Source of the DNA: Amoebophrya sp. A120
Lineage: Eukaryota; Protista; Dinoflagellata
Assembly (NCBI GenBank): GCA_905178155.1
Contig: CAJINV010000001.1
Coordinates: 14,443,379 to 14,507,378 of the forward strand
Direction: 5' to 3'
Length of the DNA stretch: 64,000 bases
Both the position numbers and the translations under genes were made by a program. Numbering within the stretch: position 1 is the stretch's first letter; each line of letters starts with the position of its first letter. The notes under the pieces were generated by a model. The model had not been told where the DNA came from. It saw only the letters and a program-made list of their open reading frames with translations, and searched no databases. Shown here piece after piece: positions 50,501-61,400 of the stretch.

Positions 50501-53500
50501 GAGCAGCCAGGCCACACGACGCCGCATGAGCGGATTTGCCCGCATGGCCGGAATCAGTCGAGCCAGATCGAGTAGCTGCAGGGTCGTAAACCGGCTGAGT
50601 ACTTCCGGAAATTCCCGGCGCGCTGTCTTGAACTCGCTTTCCCACACTTGCTCCACCTGGTTTCGTATCCAAGAAAAAAACTGTGCTAGTGTAAGTCTTT
50701 TGGGAAAACTGCATCACAAGTTTGTCTGCCATGACAGGAAAAGCTTGTTATGCGCAGATAGGAAGGAAAACACCTAGGAAGGGAGCCGATCAGGCATGTT
50801 GAGAATGACAAATGTAACTGTTTTGCATTTTCTGCATCACAGATTTACACTTACACAGTTTTTTTTTTGCATATTTCGCAGCCCGCGTTTAATGGTCCGC
50901 AGAAGCGGCAGCAGCGTCTCGTGAGATCTGGCACTGAAAAAGATGCTAGAGCGGGTATCCAAGGGTTCGTCTGGGAGAGCACCTCCCTCATGTTCAGCCT
51001 GTTGGAGCCGCGCCCGCGCATCCTCCATATCTTTGTAAGTCTGTAGACTAAATTCATCCTGAGCTGCAGGCGGGTCGTGGTTCCCGACTTCCAGCTGCCG
51101 AAAGTGCAGCTGGACTTTGTACGACCTCCAGTGCCCCCCGCTGTTGTTCCTCGCAGCCTCTCCGCGTGCAGCACCTCCCGCATGAATTGCGTTCTTGCCC
51201 GCACTGCGAACGCCAGACTTCTCTCTGGGGCCAGGCGGAGATGGGTCTGGTCCTACCTCAACTACTACGTCGTAAAACAGAGGGATTTGAAAGTCGTTCC
51301 GCAGCCGCCGCAGCTGTTCCCCCAGCGCGCGCAGCTCCTCAAACATGGTATTGAAGGCACGCAGCTGGCTCTGCTTGTCATTCGTGCTTGCGACAAACTG
51401 CACCTTTTCCCACAAGCTGCGCAACTCGGCAGGCGAAAACCTCTTTGCCGGTTGGGCAGGCCTATTTTCCGCCCCCTTCGAAGTTCCTGCTTTTCCGCTT
51501 GTTGCTCCTTTCACGGTGGTTGGACCGTCCCCGTCTTCCGCTGCTTGAAGACGCGGGAGAAAAGCCGATGGAAGGTAACATGCGTCCTCATCACTTTTAT
51601 TCTCCAAGTTGTCTGCGTGCAGCATTTTCGTAGTGGGCAAGACCGAAGACGGTGCGCTGCTGGACGCCGACGCGTTCGCTAGAGCTGATGAAGACCTCGC
51701 TTGTAGCGATGCAGCAGCCCCCGCCGGTCCGTTCTTCTGCACCGTGGGCCGCGGCGCACAGGTAAGCGTAAACACACCATGCGAGAGGAGACTTACAACC
51801 ATGTCCGAGGTTTTGACCTCTGAGGTGGTCGTCTTGTTATCAACCAAATTACGGAACCACACCTCGTTTTGCAAGCCCTCCTCGATCTTTTGCACCAGGC
51901 GTACGTCCTTTGATTCAAAAGGGAGCTCGTTAAACAGCTGCGCGACGAAAACCGGCTTACGTTTGTTCTCACGCAGAAAATTGACCAGTGGCGTTAACTC
52001 CACGAAAAGCGTTTTGAAGGTGTCGATTTTTTGCACGGCAAAGGAGCTCTCCTCGCCTTCCAGCGCCACCTCGACCATTTTCTGAACTTCGCTTTCGCTG
52101 AGTTTTTCGTTCGCATCTTTCAGTAACCACTCAATCAACCCGGAGCTGCTGATCACCTTCTCGTAAACCTGCAGCAGCGACAGTGACGCTCGCACTCTTC
52201 GCAGCAATTTGGCCAGGAGTTCCCAGCAGGCGGGCTTGTTCCCGTCGTCACTGATTTCCGTCGCTACGCTTGCGCTTGGGCTTCCTGTGCCTGTGAAGAC
52301 TCTTCTCGTCCTCCTCATGATCTCCATATTCCTTTTGCTTTGCTCAAACAGGTCGTTGCTGGCTGGTCGGGTGTCGTCGTAGCCATACTCATCTTCTCTC
52401 GTCAGGTCGTCTGGAATGTCCATAGAGTCGCCGTTTCGCTCGACCAGAGAGTATGTCGTCCACGGGTAAACGAAACGGTAGTGGTCTGCGATAGTGAGGC
52501 GGCTCTCAAACGCCAGTAGTAAATTACTGTCTTCAACAAGCTCCCTGGGTTCTTCACCTGCTTCTTGGTCGACTTGCATAGCGTCTGCATCTCCACCTGT
52601 TTCTCCTGCGGGCGAGGATTCGGGAAGCTGGCCTGCCCGTGGACGAGCGACGAGTGGCAGACTGGGCTGAAGATCGCAGCCGGCCGCTTTTTTGATGCTT
52701 CCTTTAGTACGTGCAACAAAATTTTCAATTTGTGGCAGGAGCTTTTCGCGAGCCTCTTCCAGGTTTTGCTGCACCAGCGCAAGTTCATCGAGGAACTGCA
52801 CAAGCGGGGAATCCTGCAGCAAACTTTCCAATGCGGCGGTCGTAAGTGTCGACTCGGCGCGCTGCTCTTCTGCCATCCTTTGCCAGTCCAAAGCAGCCAC
52901 GCGACCAGTTGCATTGTTCAATTGCTGCTCTCCTGCTCTACTTCGGTCGAAATTTGCGTCTTTTGTCCTAAAGTAAACAAAGAGCGCTAAGTGCTTGCGG
53001 ACGAGTTTCCGGGTGCCTGCATCGGGTGCTGCACCACTGGTTGGCGTCGTGCTACCGGTCGAGCCAGAAGGTCCCTGAGAGGTGGCAAGTGCCGACGAGG
53101 CCAACAGATTGATGTGAGCGACCGGGAAAGATCCGTCCACCAGCCGGTGAAAGAAGTTCGCTATGATCTGCCGATCGCCACGGACGGCTTCCTCGAGCTC
53201 CTGCAACTTCTGGCCGTTCTTCACCAGGGCATAAAAGCTCGCTAGGGACTCCAACGCAATAGCGAGAACATCTTCCTCGAGCACGGGGTGCGCGATTTGG
53301 CTTCCTCGAAGAGCAGGAGAATTTTGCCCACCGAGACCCAGCTCGCGGATTTTTGCAGCAAGGGAGCGCCGCTCGAGAATGCTGTGCCGCAGCGGATTCC
53401 AGTGTGTTACAAAAGCCTGCTGCAATTCGCGGCGGCGTTCCGGTTCTATGTTGCCAGGCTCCGGGCGATCAATATCCAGGGCTTGCAAAACCGATACAAA

Positions 53501-56500
53501 TTTGATTTGCTCACTTTCTTCCGGGATTTCCGGAAATCCCAAAAGCTTGTCCCGCAAGCCGTTGGCTGCGGCCATGGCGCGGGCCTCTTCTAGGGCATTC
53601 CTTTTCTTGATGGCACTTCCTGCGTCCCGTCCATCAGCGCCTCCGTCGGGTCGTGTCCAATACGAAAAGTCTGGGGCGTACAAAGTGCCTCTGAGTAATT
53701 GATCCGCTGCGGCCGACCGCCTCTTCCACACATTGTTGGCGAAATTTTCCTCTTTACGACCTGCACAGACTCTCTTGATGGGGGCAAACGAAGGTCGCCC
53801 GACCTCCTCCCAATAGCTATTCACGGAAGCTACAAAGCCCAGCAGTACCTGCAGTTTGTGTTCAGGCGTCTCGAGCACGGGTGTGCGTTGTACGTCCAGC
53901 ACCTGCACCCAATCTTTCTCAACAGTCCGCTCCGGCAGGTCATGGGAAGACGGTCCAAAATTGTCGAGTTCCTCCGAAAAGACAGCGCTGCCCAAAAAGT
54001 CGCAAACCTTCTTGAGCTCAACCCCAGCCCAGTTTTGCCTGCGCTCTCGTGGTTTCATTAGTAGAGGCTGCACACCATTCGTCTCGTCGCGTTGTTCAGC
54101 ATCCGCTCCATCTCCATTCAACTCCCCCTGGCGGCCCTGGTCCGAAGCTAGAGTACCGGCCGATGTGGTGTAAAATTGCGAGAGGTACAGCAATCGGTGC
54201 TGTGCGGCGATGAAAGAGGCTGCAGCGGTTTGCTGCCCCGCAGCCGGAGGCACCCAAACACCGAGGAACCGGCCCAACAGGCGTTCCCATGCGGCGCGGA
54301 ACAGGATGGAGAATAAGCGGGCTTCCTCGTCAACAACCTCGTAACCGTACAGGGCCCCGGCCTCCGCCAGATAGGACATAGCGTCCTGCAGAAGGTTCTC
54401 CAAGTGCGAATAGGTCGTAGAGGCGCCATTGACGGAACTGCTTGTCCTTTCAGCTAAAACATTTTCCGCCGCCGGGGGAACAAGTGCGTCCTGAATCATG
54501 GCCACGGCGCAAGTAGTGCGGTCGCCGAGCAGCAGTTGCCCCGCGTACAGATCATGAAAGGCACCAGCAAGGAAGAACTCTAAAATGCTGTGACTCAGCC
54601 GGCTCTCAGCCAGTTCTTGGAACGGGTGACGTCGCCCCGCAGACAAGATCGGGCCCCTCTCAGCGCGGCGCCGGCGCAAAAGCTGTAACTTGCGGACGAC
54701 TCCGGCGAGTATGTCCTCAACAAAACGCTCGCGCTCCGGTCCCGCGCTCATCAATGCGAGCCGAGTCGTCAAGTGCTGCAAAAATACCGACATGGCGGCA
54801 GCGCTGCGCTGCACCGGAAACCTACGATCCGCTTCGGTCTCGACTTTCTCGTCTGTGTCCATGTGATCTTCTTCATCCGCGCCGCGGGGCACGGGCAACA
54901 GTTCGGCTAGCGTCTCTGAGTCAATGTACGTCACAAACAGGCCCAAGGCCCACGCGTTTGTCACAACCGGCCCCGGCTGCTCTTGTTCTTGAGGGTCCCA
55001 TCTATTTCCTTGGTGCCGTTGGGAAACCTGCTCGGACTGATCTTCCTGCAGCTCGCCACTTCCAGAGGACAGCTGCGCGATTTGCCTCTTTGCTTCCCGT
55101 AGCAAGAACTTGCGCGCGTTTTGGTGAGACTGGACACTTGCGTCTTTCGTGCGCAGTAAGCCACACACACTCTGATCAATCTTGCAGAGCAGGTCGAACT
55201 CATTGTGCTGGTCGGAGCGGAGATAGGGAACGGCCGGGTCGAGCAGGACGTTGCCCTGCCCACCTCCCCAGCCTGAAATGACCACCCCGGACCGGTTTCT
55301 CCAAAACATTCTACGGCTATCAGGTATTGGACCCATGATTCTTTCCATAACCCCCATGTCGCTCGAATCACCTTCAATTTCGACCGGACCGCGCTGCCCA
55401 GCATTGTAGAGCGTGTGGTGCCCTTTCTCTCCCGTACCTCGTTCGCTCCACAGGCGCTGGGTGCAGAACTGCACGAAGAGTTCATGATCATCATGCCCAA
55501 CGAGATTCAACACAGAAAAACCTGAGTCCGAGATCGAGCGCTCCAAGGCCGGCCCTAAATATCTGTTTGCAAGTTTCGTACGCTGAAAGTGTCCTCCCTC
55601 CTTAATCTGAAACAACACTTCGTTGTCCGGCTTTTGTCGATGAAGGCGGTCGTGATTTCCAAAGACTGGCTATGAAAAAGAAAAGCGTCGTCCCCTCGCC
55701 GACAGTACCTCTTACAACCGAAGCAAATAAGTACTAAACGCTTCGTCCCATGATGCGAAATTCACCCATCAGACATCACTTTACTACGTCGTGCTCGTGT
55801 TGCGATTGCATCAACGAGCAACTACACAAATTTGTGAGGCAGAAGATTCGCGTTGCAAATATCTAGGAGAACACGAATGGCGGGGCGTTTCATGCGAAAG
55901 CTGCTGCTAGGTACGCCCGAAAGACGTCACTGCAATGGCATCATAGTGCTGCCTTCCTTGCAAAACAAAATTTCCCCGTTGGAAATTTTGCAACAAGGAA
56001 GTCATGTCATCTCGTCTTATTTTTACTCTTCTGGACATGGTTCCTCGCTTTTCTGTTTGATACGCCCATCGAATCGGGCAGAAAAGTGGAGCCGAAGGAG
56101 TCGAACGGGTGCAGAAAAGTCTCCAATATCTGATAGAGCACAAGGGCCCGCAGGTATCCAAAGTTACTTCGCTGTCGCGCGTCGTTGTCCTCTTCGATTT
56201 TGTACCCGCGCGGGCGGGGCTTGCTGTCAATCGCAGCCCTGTCGAAATACATTTCGTGCCCCCCCGCCATATCAGTCGGAAACCGGAGGAGGCAATCCTC
56301 TTTGTCCACGAGGAGGTCGCGCAGCTGGACGGCAAATTTTCTGCCACTGTGATTCCAAATCATACTGACTGCTTTTGCCTCCGAATCCGTGTTATCATCC
56401 ACGTCCCCGAAACTATTTCTTGCGAACACGCACTCGTTACTTCGGTCTGCGACCAACGCATGCGCCGCACCGATGGTTGAAGACAGGTCTTCGTAGTACT

Positions 56501-58569
56501 GCTCCGATGGCGTTATGAGACCATGACGGCCATCGACGTCACGATTGCCCTCAGCAAGGGCAAGTGGTCCTGCAGCTGTGCCGCCAGTTCTTCGACTAAC
56601 TAGAGTATCGTGCACGGGCGGAACAAACAACTTCGCGAGACGCAGCTGCCAGCCTCCTTCTAGATCCGGCTGCATCAATCCTGCATCCACATAGGAGTCT
56701 TTACCCGCTGTTCCTGCCTTCAACTTCCCCCATGCATCGACTGTAAATGAGCGACGACCATGTAGCAAACGCTCATGGACACTCACCTGAAGTTGATTTA
56801 CAATGACAATGTTGAATGTACTAAAACTAATGAGGAACGTGAATGTATGTAAGTATGAAGATCAACAGGAGCCGCATTGATATGATCGTATAATAAACAG
56901 TTCCTAATTATGCTAATATAACTACCGGGTTCTGGCTCTTCAAATCGTCAGCGGGATCTACCAGCCATTCGTAAGTGTATGTAACGTCGGGCTGGAGACC
57001 GGATATAGGAACTCGCAGCAGGAGCGCAATATCCTTGACGCCGCTTCCGTCATCAAATCCGTTCGCGTTGCGGACCGCGACGTTGTGATAGTCTCGGAGC
57101 CTCAGTGTGTACGCCTGACACAAGTCGTCCGGCATTTCTGCGGAGCCCTGATCTGAGTTGCCAGCTCCAAGCACTCTTTGGACAGCACTTCGGCCGAGGT
57201 TCTTCAAGCCAGCGACCCACCCCTCATCCATTGGGGGCCGCGGGTGGTCTTTGACGCAAACGCGCAGACGCACGCGGCCAGGACTTGGCTTCCCGGCGGG
57301 GCCAACTTCATCCAGCTGGTGGCGCTGCGAACTTGCGAACCACCCGTCAAAACCCGCTCGATTGAGCGGCCAAACCGGATCGTACATAAGAATGCCAGTC
57401 AGGGTCACCGAGTGCCTTCCCGGCCGCCCGGCACCCCCGATGGTCAGCGGACCTTCGGTATCGGGCAGGGCGGTGCTCGCGGAGGACGCATGCCGTTCAG
57501 CATCACCTTCGCGTGGGAAACGCTGGTCGTCGGGTTGCGTTTGCTTCGTTAGCGAACCCTTTACTTTGTTTGTTTTGCCTGCCGCGTTGTCCGACGGCTT
57601 CATTTTGTTGCTGATCCCGGGTGCCGGCTGCTGGGGGAGAGGATTCTGGGACGAAGAGGATGCAGATTTGGAGTAGCCCGGAGGATGATGTCGTCCTGGC
57701 ATGTTCCCTGCCTTGTCTGCTGGTCGGGTACTACGGCTATGCGCAACTTGTGGGGGCTGCGTCTGCGCCGGCAAAGGCCCTTCTTTGACATTCTGGAACG
57801 TTGCCCCCGAACCCGAGCCTCGATCTTGCCCACTGGTAGACACAGCATCCCTGGTGTCGGCGGCGCCCCTCGCGGGCGGATCGAATTTCTGAGTGCTGTA
57901 ACGTGTTCTAGTTGGCTCTACCACAGGGACTGCTTCCCCAGCACTGAATGCTAATTCAGCAGGGTGGCTGCTCCCCAAATAATTGCCCGAAAAATCTTGC
58001 TTGCCGGAACCTGGGAGCCCCAGGGACTCGTTTCCCGGAATGGAAGTATAGAATTTCTTGTTTCCCGACCCCGAGAGTGAACTTGCAGAAGGTGGTGGAG
58101 GTGGAGGTACCGAGACCGGTACCCGTCCTGGAGGAAATCCTGCATTCGGAATGCCAGGCGGCACTGTACTACCCGACGCGAAAGGCGCGAACTTCATCGC
58201 AGGTGGCTTAGCAAACACGCCTACTGCTGGCCGAAAAGCAGGCCCGCTCCCACTGGTGGTGCCGCCGGGAGTGGATGGAGCAGCAACGGACCCCGGCAGC
58301 AGCCCCCGTGCGCCAGACCTTGGGTTTCCGGTCACTCCGCGCCCACCTTCATTGCTACCGGCCGCTCCGGACCCACGACCACCATTAGCGCGCGACCCGG
58401 TCGTTTTCAACGCGTTAGCTCCTGTGGATAAGCCCAAACTACATCCGGCGATAATCACCACCAAGCCAGCGCGCAGCATGGCCGAGGGACCCTTTCCTTT
58501 CGTGCTCCGAATCATCGTCGCAGCTTGTCCAGCTTCCTTGGTACTAGGGATAGCAGAATTAGGATACAT
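23594..58569 (-). CDS. Giant RNF213/mysterin-like AAA+ ATPase with RZ-finger E3 module; 12 exons, ~10,376 aa
   Basis: One GT-AG intron (56787-56925) and ten introners (55671-56062, 50666-50873, 50151-50298, 38477-38976, 37864-38033, 35964-36226, 34770-34990, 34468-34644, 27277-28661, 25278-25466). The 3,845 nt removed leave a 31,131-nt CDS with an open frame across all junctions. RNF213 signatures occur in order: FCSPSTTAAELELFLRR, ERLSYEV, PGGGKS, LHLDI, DPDPAFVL...MRFSAGLPVFISGETGIGKT, VKVHGG, FFDEANT, ACNPYR, LVYRV, VSLRDVER, IPVFIVGKPGSSKSL, QCSPHST, VVVLDEVGLAE..PLKALHPLLE, SNWNLDPAKMNR, GLRDFYS, RNFGG, FGSSFP, YDALNQYY, LLNRMEK and QITTFS. The start could be Met at 58569, 58515 or 58479. 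Confidence 0.82.
25278..25466. mobile_element. Introner family C (189 bp)
   Basis: Ends TATGCATTGCAAAAGT / ACTTTTGCAATTCATA. An offset direct repeat TCGTG, 197 nt apart, restores the frame (DDH|DDPDAD). Confidence 0.8.
26680..26880 (-). repeat. Coding tandem repeat, 3 units of 75-78 bp (SDAYSDGSGRHSNDDAxAEAEAE)
   Basis: Near-identical units start at ~26681, 26759 and 26834 within an exon of the giant gene. Confidence 0.9.
27277..28661. mobile_element. Family-C-like introner (1,385 bp) with a nested inverted-repeat element (~27396-28590)
   Basis: Outer ends TATGCACTGCAAAAATATCG / CGATACTTTTTCACAAGATA. Removing 1,390 nt restores the frame. Inner ~65-bp inverted repeat GCTATC..AAGAAAAAGTGTTGACGTTACGG..AGTTTTTTGGAAAAAA. 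Internal AAAACCGTCAACGCCTCATCTAG motif repeated in both orientations. Confidence 0.8.
34468..34644. mobile_element. Introner family C (177 bp)
   Basis: Ends TATGAACTGCAAAAGTTGTATCGTG / TACGATACTTTTCTTGCACAGGATA. Eroded TSD AGCAG/GCCAG. Removing 182 nt restores the frame. Confidence 0.82.
34770..34990. mobile_element. Introner family B (221 bp)
   Basis: Left end TATCCAGGAAAAAACACCCATCCCCATCCA is identical to the TIR of the 7901-8012 element. Perfect TSD CCAGT. Removal gives RLYW|WGPRR. Confidence 0.92.
35343..35455 (-). other. RZ (RNF213-ZNFX1) finger-like motif
   Basis: FRHIFCRRIQRVSACGGLGRDQGACGVCGKRIGGGHG fits the C-terminal part of the RZ consensus (xCG-x7/8-CxxC-x3-IGGxxH). It lies downstream of the AAA core, as in RNF213. 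Confidence 0.72.
35964..36226. mobile_element. Introner (263 bp)
   Basis: TIR TATGCATTGCAAATA / TATCCAATGCAAATA. Perfect TSD TGTTC. Removal gives SQLN|TLWDI. Confidence 0.88.
37864..38033. mobile_element. Diverged family-B introner (170 bp)
   Basis: Ends CATCCAGAAAAAAACACTTAGCCCCAT / ATGGGGATGCGTATTTTTTTGTTGATA. Perfect TSD CTCGA. Removal gives TELR|AKDGH. Confidence 0.87.
38477..38976. mobile_element. Diverged family-B introner (500 bp)
   Basis: Degenerate family-B ends. TSD TCACC/TCACG. Removal gives TFHV|TRMES. Confidence 0.8.
42550..49300 (-). other. Dynein-like multi-AAA core of the RNF213-like protein
   Basis: AAA2-type P-loop PGGGKS at ~48671-48690. AAA3 Walker A GETGIGKT at ~46652-46675 and Walker B FFDE at ~46430-46445. 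AAA4 Walker A GKPGSSKS at ~44177-44200 and Walker B VLDE at ~43800-43815. Confidence 0.9.
50151..50298. mobile_element. Introner family C (148 bp)
   Basis: Ends TATGAAATGCAAAAGCATCGCAC / GTGCGATAGTACTTTTGCAGTGCATA. Eroded TSD CTACT/TTATT. Removing 153 nt removes a stop and keeps the frame. Confidence 0.83.
50666..50873. mobile_element. Introner (208 bp)
   Basis: 33-bp TIR TATCCAAGAAAAAAACTGTGCTAGTGTAAGTCT / TATGCAAAAAAAAAACTGTGTAAGTGTAAATCT. Perfect TSD TTTCG. Removal gives GLRN|QVEQV. Confidence 0.92.
55671..56062. mobile_element. Old introner (392 bp)
   Basis: TIR TATGAAAAAGAAAAGCG / TATCAAACAGAAAAGCG. TSD eroded (CTGGC/CGCCC). Removing 397 nt restores the frame. Confidence 0.72.
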
Positions 58570-60614
58570 GTAGAAAATCAAAGTGAAATCGAGAGATAGT
58601 AGTCGAATAAAACCAGACGGATTATATACTCTTCTTGTTCTGTCTTCCCCCAACGCAAAAGCGGCCAAGTGATAAACAGACCAAGTGAAGACGTCAATAG
58701 TTTCTTCGGTGTTGTGGCCGACAGTAGAAACGAGACGTTAAGGTTGGAGTCGCAGAAAAATAAATGCTGTACACAATAGCTTAGAGCTAGTCCGTAAAAA
58801 TAAGTGTTGTGTAGTAAAGTCTTCTCCCGATTCAGTAATATCACTACAAAGTTACAGTGTAAACCTTTACACGTGGTAACCAGAGTGACTACTTTGATTT
58901 GTGGTAGCACCAAGACCAAATTGGAATTGAGAGAAATCAACGACTCAGTTGTAAAACGAAGCTACTACTGTTCTCATGCGCACAAATACCTTAGCGGCAA
59001 ATAGCGGAATGAAGTGCCTCCGTCTAGTAAATTTTTCCCGGCTGAACGAGTCTGAGGTTAACTTATTTGAAGCCAGCTTGCTTCCTCTGTCAAAATTTCA
59101 GCGCGAATACTATGTTCACACGTTCTTGTGCAAGTCATAAGGATGACCTTTCCTAATCCTAGTGCTAGAAGTTGTTGCGCCAGGAACTACTGCAATTCTA
59201 AGGCAAACACGTCCGGTGTAGCATGGTGCTTTGAACTAAATATTCGTTAAGCTTAGCTTGTACTCGTCGTTCGTCTTTTTGTTCGTTGTCCTTGTCTATA
59301 GGGAATACTAGAGTTACAGTCGTATTTCATTGATTACGGATCGTCCTAATCGAAAAAAAATCACGATATCACATCTCACCCCAGTAGTACGAGAACGTTT
59401 TCGGAGTTGCGTCTAATTGGATTGCTCACGCTCGCATACAGACCTAGATCTAGATCGAATGCCGAGGAAGAAAACAAAAATAACGGATCCACCAGGTTGT
59501 GTCCCAGGAGGGATCACTTGGCACTTCGTTCTTCACGGTCTATCGATACTAGGATCACAAGTACTCGGACTGCACCTCTATGTGAAAATTGATGAGATCC
59601 GTTGTTCTTCTATGTCGTCTAAGTGCTGTTCTACTAACTTCCACAGGCAATGATGAGATCCGTGAAGATCGTAGCATGATGCTCCGCGCCCGCGCGATCA
59701 GAAAACACTCAAAGTTTGAGTCCAAATGGTGCAGCAAACAAGATCTCTTTTTTTAGTTGCAAAAGCACCTCGTACACCGTCCCTGGGGGAACAAGGAGTA
59801 GCGAAAGAAGCACAGATCCTCACGGGCTGTTGCTGTAGCCTCCAAAATCTTCAGGGTATCATTGATCAACGACAAAATGATATCGTCCTCCATTACAAAT
59901 GGCAATGACTTGTCTAATTCGAAAATATGATGGACTCCTCCATTGATTTTGTAGATTCATTTTCAAAAGCCCATCTCTAAGAACAGCAAAAGATATACGT
60001 TTTTTCGTGTTGCGACATCGCGTCCAGGAGAACCTAGCTTATGAATGCAGAAGTCCCACCTGGCAGAAGGAGGAGACAGAGTCCCGCCCTCCGGTCGTCA
60101 CATGCAGTATGCTTTGTGCAACCGTGCCTCGAACCTGTCGTAGTAGAATTTGGACTGCGGCGGCCGAATTCTGCTATACTTGTTTGCCATTGCAGCGCGG
60201 TATAGGGCCCCGGGGCGACAGCTACTAGTACTTCGCCCCCGAAACAACGATTTCTTGCCCATTTCCACAGTCACGAACTGCGGGGCGTGGCCCCACGTAA
60301 GCTCCACGTGCTGCATATCCTGTGTAAGACAAGCCTTGCCACCACGATCCCGAGTTCTTCTTCTTCTTCTTCTGCACAAGAAATTGCTTCAAGTTCAAAA
60401 GCAAACATCATACGCGTATAATTGACAAACTCTGGGATCGGGGTGGTTACGTTTTTACACAGGATACAACAACCGGTGCCCGAATTCGTAGTACAGGAGA
60501 TCCAGGCACTATCACTGGAAAACACCAAGTGTGGCGTCACTGTGGGTGTGAACTTGTATTCATAACATGCAGAACAGGCTTCACTTTCAGTTTGTCTTGT
60601 TAGAAGAATGAAAC

Positions 60615-61400
60615 TTATGCGACAAAGGCCATCCTCAGCCCTGTTTCATCTCGAAAAGCTAGCAGACCAGATTTCCTGTGTCCCAAGAAGCAAACTAATA
60701 ATTTGCGAAGATTATCACATTCACACTTGTTGTGAGACACTTTTTCTTGCCATAGGAGCGGGTGCCGTACAAACACGGCGCGGTCTGCCTTCCACTCATC
60801 CAGTGCACGCTCGAGGCGACTCAGGTGCTCGCTTGCCGCGACTTGATGCTGGGAGGAGATTGCGTCTTCCTGTGGTTCTTCGTCGTCCTCCTTGTCTCTA
60901 CCATCAACATCTGAGTTGGCGTTCACGAAGCGGAAGCTCCTGCGCAAGTTTCCCGTGCTTGTCCAGGCTTTCTTCGCGTCGGGCGCAGCTGCGGGATCGT
61001 TCCCGGCGGCCGCAGCAGCTGGCCATTTCGCTTTGTTGGCTCCGTACTTTTCCACGAAGTAGGTTAGGGAGGTATTCTGGAACTGCACAAAAGGACGAGA
61101 AGTTGTTGATGCATCGTGTTCATCTTCCACATCTGGTTGTGCAATAAAAGCACTAGCACTCTGCTCAGCCAGCTTGTGATGCACAATGGCGGGGGGCTGC
61201 AGAAGGAGATCGAAAGAAGGAAACGCCTGCGCTTGCTGGCGTTCGTGTGCGCCATAGGACGCGGTCCCTGACCCTGGTGCGGGTGCAACAAGCAGCTCGG
61301 CGTGTGGGGATATTTGGCCGAGCGGAAAAATTCCACCCATGTCAACGCCGAACTCGGCTATGTTGAATTGCAGCCAGAACGTATGCAACAGCAGACAACT
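60615..61400 (-). CDS. Probable exon of a hypothetical protein (may belong to the gene entering from the right edge)
   Basis: Long open frame with coding-like composition (QFNIAEFGVDMGG...ERALDEWKADRAVFVRHP). Splice boundaries not resolved. Confidence 0.4.
   Translation of the reverse strand, partial: SCLLLHTFWLQFNIAEFGVDMGGIFPLGQISPHAELLVAPAPGSGTASYGAHERQQAQAFPSFDLLLQPPAIVHHKLAEQSASAFIAQPDVEDEHDASTTSRPFVQFQNTSLTYFVEKYGANKAKWPAAAAAGNDPAAAPDAKKAWTSTGNLRRSFRFVNANSDVDGRDKEDDEEPQEDAISSQHQVAASEHLSRLERALDEWKADRAVFVRHPLLWQEKVSHNKCECDNLRKLLVCFLGHRKSGLLAFRDETGLRMAFVA

Noticed and set aside
23594-58668. Interpretation as 10-12 separate genes or a frameshifted pseudogene
   Set aside because: Every gap is either a GT-AG intron or a TIR-bounded element whose removal restores the frame, and catalytic motifs are intact.
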